Part shown: piece by piece, positions 59,040 to 64,000 of the stretch | Position numbering within the stretch: the stretch's first letter is position 1 | Layout: each line of letters starts with the position of its first letter | Origin: Chloroflexota bacterium | GTDB taxonomy: Bacteria > Chloroflexota > UBA6077 > SHYK01 | Reading direction: 5' to 3' | DNA: 64,000 bases | NCBI GenBank assembly: GCA_009377635.1 | Contig: WHTR01000001.1 | Coordinates: 41,257 to 105,256 of the forward strand | Position numbers and translations under genes: made by a program | Notes under the pieces: model-generated | Told to the model about the DNA's origin: nothing | The model's input: the letters and a program-made list of their open reading frames with translations, nothing else | Databases searched by the model: none

Positions 59040-59897
59040 ATGCACCATCGGCAGGCCGAGATCGTCCAGCGCTGTGTCGATGGACTCTCCGGCACCCGTG
59101 GGATCGCGGCGATTGCGCTCGGCGGCTCCTTCGCCAGGGGGACCGCGGGATCTGACTCCGACATCGACCTGGGACTTTACTATTGGGATACCGCTCCCCC
59201 GGACCTGCCGGCGATCCGAAGTCTGGCGGCCGATCTCCATGACCTGCCGGACCCAGTCGTCACCGAGCTCTACGAGTGGGGCGCCTGGGTGAACGGCGGG
59301 GCGTGGCTCACCATCGAGGGGCAGCGCGTCGATCTCATCTATCGAAGCCTGGATCAGGTGAACCGGGTGATTGCCGACTCCCGGGCGGGACGAACCGTCA
59401 ATGACTTCTGGCAGCAACCGCCATACGGCTTCTTCAGCTACATCTATCTCGGTGAGCTGCACACGTGTCAGCCGCTCCATGACCCGAACGATATCCTGAG
59501 CGATCTCAAGGCCAGCGTGCGGGTGTACCCGGAGGCGCTGAAGCGGACGATCGTGCAGGGCCACCTGTGGGCGGCCGTCTTCACGGCCGAATACGCCCCC
59601 AAGGTGGCGGCCCGCGGCGACATCTACACGACCGTCGGGTTCCTCACCCGCACGGCGGCATCGTTGACCCAGGTCCTCTTCGCCCTCAACGAGACATACT
59701 TCGTCAGCGACAAGGGTGCGGTGACGGCACTCGACCAGATGCGGTTCCGTCCCGACCGCTATGGTGAGCGAGTGCCGCAGATCCTGGCCCGAGCTGGCGA
59801 CAGTGCAGACGAGCTCGTCGCGACGACGAAGCGCATGCTGGAGCTGTGCCAGGAAGTCATCGAGCTGGCCGGACCTCTGTACCGCCGGTTGTTTTAG
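59040..59897 (+). CDS. nucleotidyltransferase-fold protein (ANT/Lnu-like; putative antibiotic nucleotidyltransferase)
   Basis: GGSFARGTAGSDSDIDLGLYY minimal-NTase motif near the N-terminus; 285 aa with a helical C-terminal domain. Confidence 0.55.
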   Translation: MHHRQAEIVQRCVDGLSGTRGIAAIALGGSFARGTAGSDSDIDLGLYYWDTAPPDLPAIRSLAADLHDLPDPVVTELYEWGAWVNGGAWLTIEGQRVDLIYRSLDQVNRVIADSRAGRTVNDFWQQPPYGFFSYIYLGELHTCQPLHDPNDILSDLKASVRVYPEALKRTIVQGHLWAAVFTAEYAPKVAARGDIYTTVGFLTRTAASLTQVLFALNETYFVSDKGAVTALDQMRFRPDRYGERVPQILARAGDSADELVATTKRMLELCQEVIELAGPLYRRLF

Positions 59898-60270
59898 GGA
59901 GCAATTGGATGGGCACTCATGTCATGCACTCGCCGCCGCACGGGAGCTCATCGGGGCCGCTCACGACCGGTAGCGGAGTTCCTTTATCGAATTTCGCCGC
60001 CAGGGTGCGCAGCGAGATCTCGGTCTTGTGCCTGAATGCTTGATCGGTGCCCTTGGGACCGTATGCTGCCGCTCTCCCAAAAACGCCTCCAAGCTTGGGA
60101 CCGATGGACAATTGTTCTATCCGAGTGCATGCAAAGCCGCAACTTCTGGGCAACGCCGCGTCATTCACGTTCACAGCACTTCCTCAGCAGGGCGCCGGGC
60201 CGCGATCGTCTGCCGCAGTTGCGACTCATTGCTCTGATTTGCGACACTTTGTCTTGGGAAGCGGTGGAGC

Positions 60271-60477
60271 ATGGTGGCGGGCAAGCGGGACGCCGACGAA
60301 TTCCTCAGCCTCGATCAGATCGAAGCTGAGTTTCGTGTTCATCGGGCCACCATCTATCGGCACGCCGCTCGGCATGGTGTTCGACCGTACCAACGGCCTG
60401 GGGACAGGCGGTCGTACTTCCGGCGTGCGGAGATCGAGGATCTTCTCAAGCCACGGCGAAAGGGCGAAGGCCGATGA
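60271..60477 (+). CDS. excisionase/AlpA-family helix-turn-helix DNA-binding protein
   Basis: LSLDQIEAEFRVHRATIYRHAARHGV…RRSYFRRAEIEDLL (HTH_17-like). ATGA overlap with the next ORF. Confidence 0.7.
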   Translation: MVAGKRDADEFLSLDQIEAEFRVHRATIYRHAARHGVRPYQRPGDRRSYFRRAEIEDLLKPRRKGEGR

Positions 60478-60764
60478 TCATTCGACGAGGCAGCCGGCAG
60501 TCGCTACAGAGCACCCAATTGCCCGTTCTCGCTGCGTCCGAAATCGGCACGTTCGCGTTCTGCCCCCAAGCCTGGTACCTCCAACGGATGAGGGCGCCAG
60601 CGACGCGTGCCGCGGAAGAACGTCGCCGCATTGGATCGGATCTGCATCGGAAAATTGGCTCGCAGACGGATCTCGTTCGAGTTGCGGCGGTCGTCCAGAC
60701 AATCCTGCTCGTCGTCATTGCGCTGGGACTCATAGCCCTGGTGGCTCTTGCGGTGAACGCATGA
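60474..60764 (+). CDS. Cas4/RecB-like nuclease N-terminal segment with C-terminal transmembrane helix
   Basis: VLAASEIGTFAFCPQAWYLQR (Cas4 N-terminal Cys motif), then hydrophobic TILLVVIALGLIALVALAV. ATGA overlap with the next ORF. Confidence 0.5.
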   Translation: MIIRRGSRQSLQSTQLPVLAASEIGTFAFCPQAWYLQRMRAPATRAAEERRRIGSDLHRKIGSQTDLVRVAAVVQTILLVVIALGLIALVALAVNA

Positions 60765-61306
60765 GCATAAACGCCGCCATCGTTTTCGCGATCCTGCTTG
60801 CCTCGATTGGCGGGTACTTGTTGCTCGCTCGCTGGAGTCGCAGGCTCAGAGCGCGTCTCGGTGTCACAGGAGGCTCGATTGTCTCAGCTGACGACTCTCG
60901 TCTCCCGGCTCCCAATCTCTATTCCGAGCGGCTCGGACTCGTCGGTCGCTGCGACCAGCTGATGCGCGAGGGCCGGGCCTATCTGCCAGTCGAGCAGAAG
61001 CCGACTGCACAGCGACTCCACGACTCGCACGTCCTCCAGGTCGGAGCGCTCTGCATGCTGAGCCAGGACGTGTACGGCAGGCGTCCGCCCTTTGGCATCG
61101 TCGTCCTGGCTGGAGGCAAGCAAGAGCGGGTCCCATTTTCCACCGACCTCGAGCGGCGCGTGCTGTCAGCCATGGGACAGATGCGAGGGATTCTTGCGGC
61201 GGGTGAGGAGCCAGGGCCCGATTGGGTCGCTCACAAGTGCTGCGCGTGTGGCTATCACCCGGTGTGCTGGGAGCCGAGCGGCGGCCGGCACCCGCGAGCG
61301 GCATGA
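60761..61306 (+). CDS. membrane-anchored Cas4-like PD-(D/E)XK nuclease domain protein
   Basis: N-terminal TM (AIVFAILLASIGGYLLLA). Then GLVGRCDQL…YLPVEQK…QVGALCML and C-terminal HKCCACGYHPVCW, the Cas4 motif II/III/QxxxY plus Cys cluster. Confidence 0.55.
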   Translation: MSINAAIVFAILLASIGGYLLLARWSRRLRARLGVTGGSIVSADDSRLPAPNLYSERLGLVGRCDQLMREGRAYLPVEQKPTAQRLHDSHVLQVGALCMLSQDVYGRRPPFGIVVLAGGKQERVPFSTDLERRVLSAMGQMRGILAAGEEPGPDWVAHKCCACGYHPVCWEPSGGRHPRAA

Positions 61307-61357
61307 TCATGTCGGTTAGCTAACGGCCTGACCCACATCGCCGATCGCAGGACATAG

Positions 61358-61410
61358 AAAAAGACGGGCTCATACGAAGAATTGATGTTTCCTCGCTGAG
61401 CCCGTCTTTC
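61358..61410 (+). terminator. stem-loop downstream of the Cas4-like operon (weak terminator candidate)
   Basis: AAAAAGACGGGCTCA…TGAGCCCGTCTTT: 13-bp stem, 24-nt loop, no U-tract. Confidence 0.25.
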
Positions 61411-61660
61411 GGCTTGTGGCTTGCGTTAAAGGCTACGCTGCGAAGAGCGCGAGCTGGCCCTCGGGCACGGGCCGCCGTCGTGACCTTGGCCGATGCACCA
61501 GCTGTGCTTGCGCCGCCGCGTCGTGGGTTCCGTGGGTCTTACGGACCGCGAACAGGACCATCTGACGAAACGCCGCGAACTCGGGGTCGGGAAAGCCAGG
61601 GTTCCGCAGCTGGAACCTACGCGTGTACCTATGGGCCGGATCGGCGGAGCGTGAAGGGGA

Positions 61661-63355
61661 TCAGGCGGTGGCGGCAGCCTCGGCGGGCACCAGGCCGAAG
61701 AAGCGGGGTGGTTCGGCGACGCCGAGGGCCTTGAAGATGGCGGCCTGACGGCTGGTCGTCTCGGTGCGCTGCGAGACTTCACCGGCCGGCCCGAAGAAGC
61801 GCCCGAGGTGGAGCTTTTCGAGTTCCCAGCGCAGCGTCCGCCAGGTCTCGCCGGTCGCGTTCTCGGCGATCCGGATGAGGAGCAGGGCGAGCCAGCACAG
61901 GAGGACGTGCGCCCGGATGCGCGCCTCCTTGCGATGATAGACCGGGCGCAGATCGAGCGTCGTCTTCATGTCGCGCCAGGCGCGCTCGACCTCGAGGAGC
62001 TGCTTGTAGCCGAGCGCCACGTCCTCGGCGGAGAGCGTCGGGTCGGACGTTCGCAGGAGGAACTTGCCGTCGAGGCGGGCCTCGGCGACGACCGCGCCCC
62101 GGTCGATGCGCAGGAGTCCCGCTCGGGTGACCCGCAGGAAGCGCCGGTAGACGGGCTTCTCACGGAGGCGGCAGGCGAGCTCCGCGCGCGCCTCCGGCGA
62201 GCGCTCGTCGGAGCCACAGGTCGCGACCTCGAGTTGTTCGAGGAGCCGGTCCCGAACGGCGGCGTCGCGACTGGCCTCAACGGGGTTGCGGCAGACCACG
62301 AACCGGTCGCGCATCGTGCCCTCGTCGAGGACGACCTCCTTGACCTCGAGGTTGCCGGCCACGGTGTGGTAGCGGCCCGGGAGTGCGAGGGCCGCCTGGG
62401 CTTCGGCCTGCTCGGAGCGCAGCTTCTCGCCAATGATGTAGTGGCCACCGGCCCGCTGGAGGGAGCGCCGGTTCTCTGCCGAGCTGAAGCCCCGGTCGGC
62501 GACCCACACGACCCGCCCGAGCTTCCAGGCTCGCAGATCATCCTTGACATGGCGGATGAGCTCCTGATCGGAGGCGTTGCCGGGGAAGGTCCACACCCGG
62601 ATCGGGATCCCCTCGCGCGTCACGGCGAGGCCGATCACGACCTGGGGCAGGTCCGGCCGATGGTCCTTGGAATGACCGTACGTCCGGAAGCCCTTCGGCG
62701 CACCGGGGCTCGATGGTGGGCGCCCACCATCTGGCGGATCTGGCTCCTCGGTCTCGAAGTACGTGCTCGTGGTGTCGAAGAAGAGCAGGTCGATCTCCAG
62801 GTTGAGCAGGTTCGCCACCGACCAGTACACCTGCTCGGCGAGCTCGGGCTCGACCGCGAGCAGCCAGTCCATGGCCCGGTAGCAGCGGTCGTCATCGAGC
62901 GTGTCGAGGCCCGGGATCGCGACGTGCTCGCTGACCCAGGCCGCACAGGAGAGCTTGGAGAGCGGTTCGAGGGCCCGGTTGGCCACCAGCGCGAAGAGGA
63001 CCCGCTCGGCGGCCGCCTCCAGCCGTCGGCCGCGCAGGAGGCGCTCCAGGATCTCGCGCACCCCGAGCCGGCGCCACAGCTGATCGAGGAGGTAGGAACC
63101 GCCGTAGGGGCGGGACTCGCAGAACCGCAGCCCGGGGGCCTGGAGAGCTAGCGCCTCGCCGGGTTCGAGCGCCCGGGAGAGCGAGCCGATCAGGCGGCGG
63201 ATCGCGGCCCGATCGAGCGCGTCCTCGCGCCCGAAGTTGTACAGGATCTTGACCGTCGAACGGCCGGCCTTGGGGTCCCACACGTTATGGGCGAGCGAGA
63301 GATAGCGGGCTTCGGAGCCGTCGCGGTTGCGTCGCCGGGTGGTCCGCAGGTACAT
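61661..63355 (-). CDS. IS1634-family (IS4-like) DDE transposase
   Basis: Start MYLRTTRRRNRDGSEARYL…; FDTTSTYFE…GHSKDHRPDLPQVVIGLAV…ADRGFSSAEN DDE blocks; ~565 aa. Confidence 0.8.
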   Translation of the reverse strand: MYLRTTRRRNRDGSEARYLSLAHNVWDPKAGRSTVKILYNFGREDALDRAAIRRLIGSLSRALEPGEALALQAPGLRFCESRPYGGSYLLDQLWRRLGVREILERLLRGRRLEAAAERVLFALVANRALEPLSKLSCAAWVSEHVAIPGLDTLDDDRCYRAMDWLLAVEPELAEQVYWSVANLLNLEIDLLFFDTTSTYFETEEPDPPDGGRPPSSPGAPKGFRTYGHSKDHRPDLPQVVIGLAVTREGIPIRVWTFPGNASDQELIRHVKDDLRAWKLGRVVWVADRGFSSAENRRSLQRAGGHYIIGEKLRSEQAEAQAALALPGRYHTVAGNLEVKEVVLDEGTMRDRFVVCRNPVEASRDAAVRDRLLEQLEVATCGSDERSPEARAELACRLREKPVYRRFLRVTRAGLLRIDRGAVVAEARLDGKFLLRTSDPTLSAEDVALGYKQLLEVERAWRDMKTTLDLRPVYHRKEARIRAHVLLCWLALLLIRIAENATGETWRTLRWELEKLHLGRFFGPAGEVSQRTETTSRQAAIFKALGVAEPPRFFGLVPAEAAATA

Positions 63356-63634
63356 GCCCGCATTGTACCTGAAGCTATCTAGCATATCAATACCACACGC
63401 GCTTGTACGGCTATCTATGCCAGCAGCGCTCGGAGACCATCTGACGGGCCCTCTCCGTGCTCAGATCGCCCCCCTTGCGTGCTTCGACGGCTCCGCAGCT
63501 GCGGAATCCCAGGCAAGAGCAAGGCGCCTGCGCCAAGACGCCGCAAGGGGCGAGACGCCGGTGCGCCGCCATAGGAAAACGGGATGAATGTCCTGCGACT
63601 TGTCGGGACCACTCGGTCCGGTGCAGGGGGTGGC

Positions 63635-64000
63635 TCAGGGGTGTTCCGTAACCCAGGTTTGCTTGTGGGGGTCCCAGATCCGCTCATCGGAGACGGCGTG
63701 GGCCAGCACAGGATCGAGGAACGTACACGCGTCCGCGTACCCGGCGGAAACCTCTGGCTCCAAGCCGACCTCAGCGACGAGGGCTCGATAGGCCGTCTCC
63801 CAGAGCGCAGGAGGCGGCGGAAGTGCCGTCGGCAGCGAGTGGGTATCGTACCCGGCGAAGATAGTTTCCAGCGCATGGCGCAGGTCTCCCGCCCTTACGG
63901 CCAGATGCTTGGAGATCAGGGCGAGATCCACCAGGTCCTTCACACGTGAGCTTGGCCGACCGTTATGTTGCCTCGTATACGCGTGCACCTTATCCGCGAT
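63635..64000 (-). CDS. AbiEii/AbiGii-type nucleotidyltransferase toxin (DUF1814), C-terminal part; gene continues beyond the window end
   Basis: …RPSSRVKDLVDLALIS…ETIF resembles the AbiEii C-terminal R.KDLYDL motif. ORF is open to the window edge. Confidence 0.4.
   Translation of the reverse strand: MADKVHAYTRQHNGRPSSRVKDLVDLALISKHLAVRAGDLRHALETIFAGYDTHSLPTALPPPPALWETAYRALVAEVGLEPEVSAGYADACTFLDPVLAHAVSDERIWDPHKQTWVTEHP

Noticed and set aside
58632-59564. 310-aa minus ORF
   Set aside because: It is antisense to the nucleotidyltransferase gene and upstream region. It has no motifs and a Pro/Arg/Ala bias.
59917-60174. 85-codon minus ORF with an HTH-like segment (ISLRTLAAKF)
   Set aside because: No RBS and no supporting motifs beyond one helix. 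It sits in the intergenic region between the NTase gene and the Xis-like gene, so the coding call is too weak.
61808-63151. 447-aa plus ORF
   Set aside because: It is antisense to the IS1634 transposase.
1-64000. Possibility that TAG is a sense codon (which would explain three in-frame TAGs)
   Set aside because: Several clearly intact genes terminate with TAG at the position where their paralogs end (UbiD 1103, Rieske 29033, Rieske 45720). TAG is therefore a stop, and the internal TAGs are treated as nonsense lesions.

Overview
High-GC (~68-70%) bacterial accessory region with strong GGAGG-type ribosome-binding sites. It is a mosaic of aromatic/aliphatic-acid catabolic genes and many decayed or nested mobile elements. 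The catabolic side has six phthalate/KshA-family Rieske oxygenase alpha subunits (one gutted by an in-frame deletion), two UbiD-family decarboxylases, three Gfo/Idh/MocA oxidoreductases (only one intact), three tandem bicupins and an ABM monooxygenase. A translationally coupled plus-strand operon (37326..45720) encodes Rieske oxygenase, HIBADH-like dehydrogenase, two family III CoA-transferases, a split MaoC hydratase, an SCP-x/Ltp2-like thiolase, a DUF35 protein and a second Rieske oxygenase. There are five orphan family-5 solute-binding lipoproteins (one killed by a TAG nonsense codon) and three signal-peptide-less NMT1/THI5-like proteins, with no ABC permease or ATPase genes in the window. 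The mobile side has a RIT (three tyrosine recombinases) element inserted into an IS21 istA gene; the IS21 copy ends in six tandem ~23-bp repeats and abuts an ISAs1-like transposase remnant. It also has a truncated large serine recombinase, a ParE-like toxin/antitoxin pair, a truncated IS3 abutted by an ISL3-like transposase, and a degenerate group II intron inserted in a second ISAs1-like remnant. A second, intact group II intron sits inside the reverse-transcriptase leader of another copy of that intron. Further along are a small IS630-like miniature inverted-repeat element (MITE) that splits a Gfo/Idh/MocA gene, an IS1634 transposase and an AbiEii-like fragment. Near the 3' end is a three-gene operon: an Xis-like HTH protein followed by a Cas4-like PD-(D/E)XK nuclease split into two membrane-anchored ORFs. 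Several apparent pseudogenes are single-nucleotide frameshifts in short homopolymer-like runs and could be assembly errors. No rRNA, tRNA or CRISPR array was seen.
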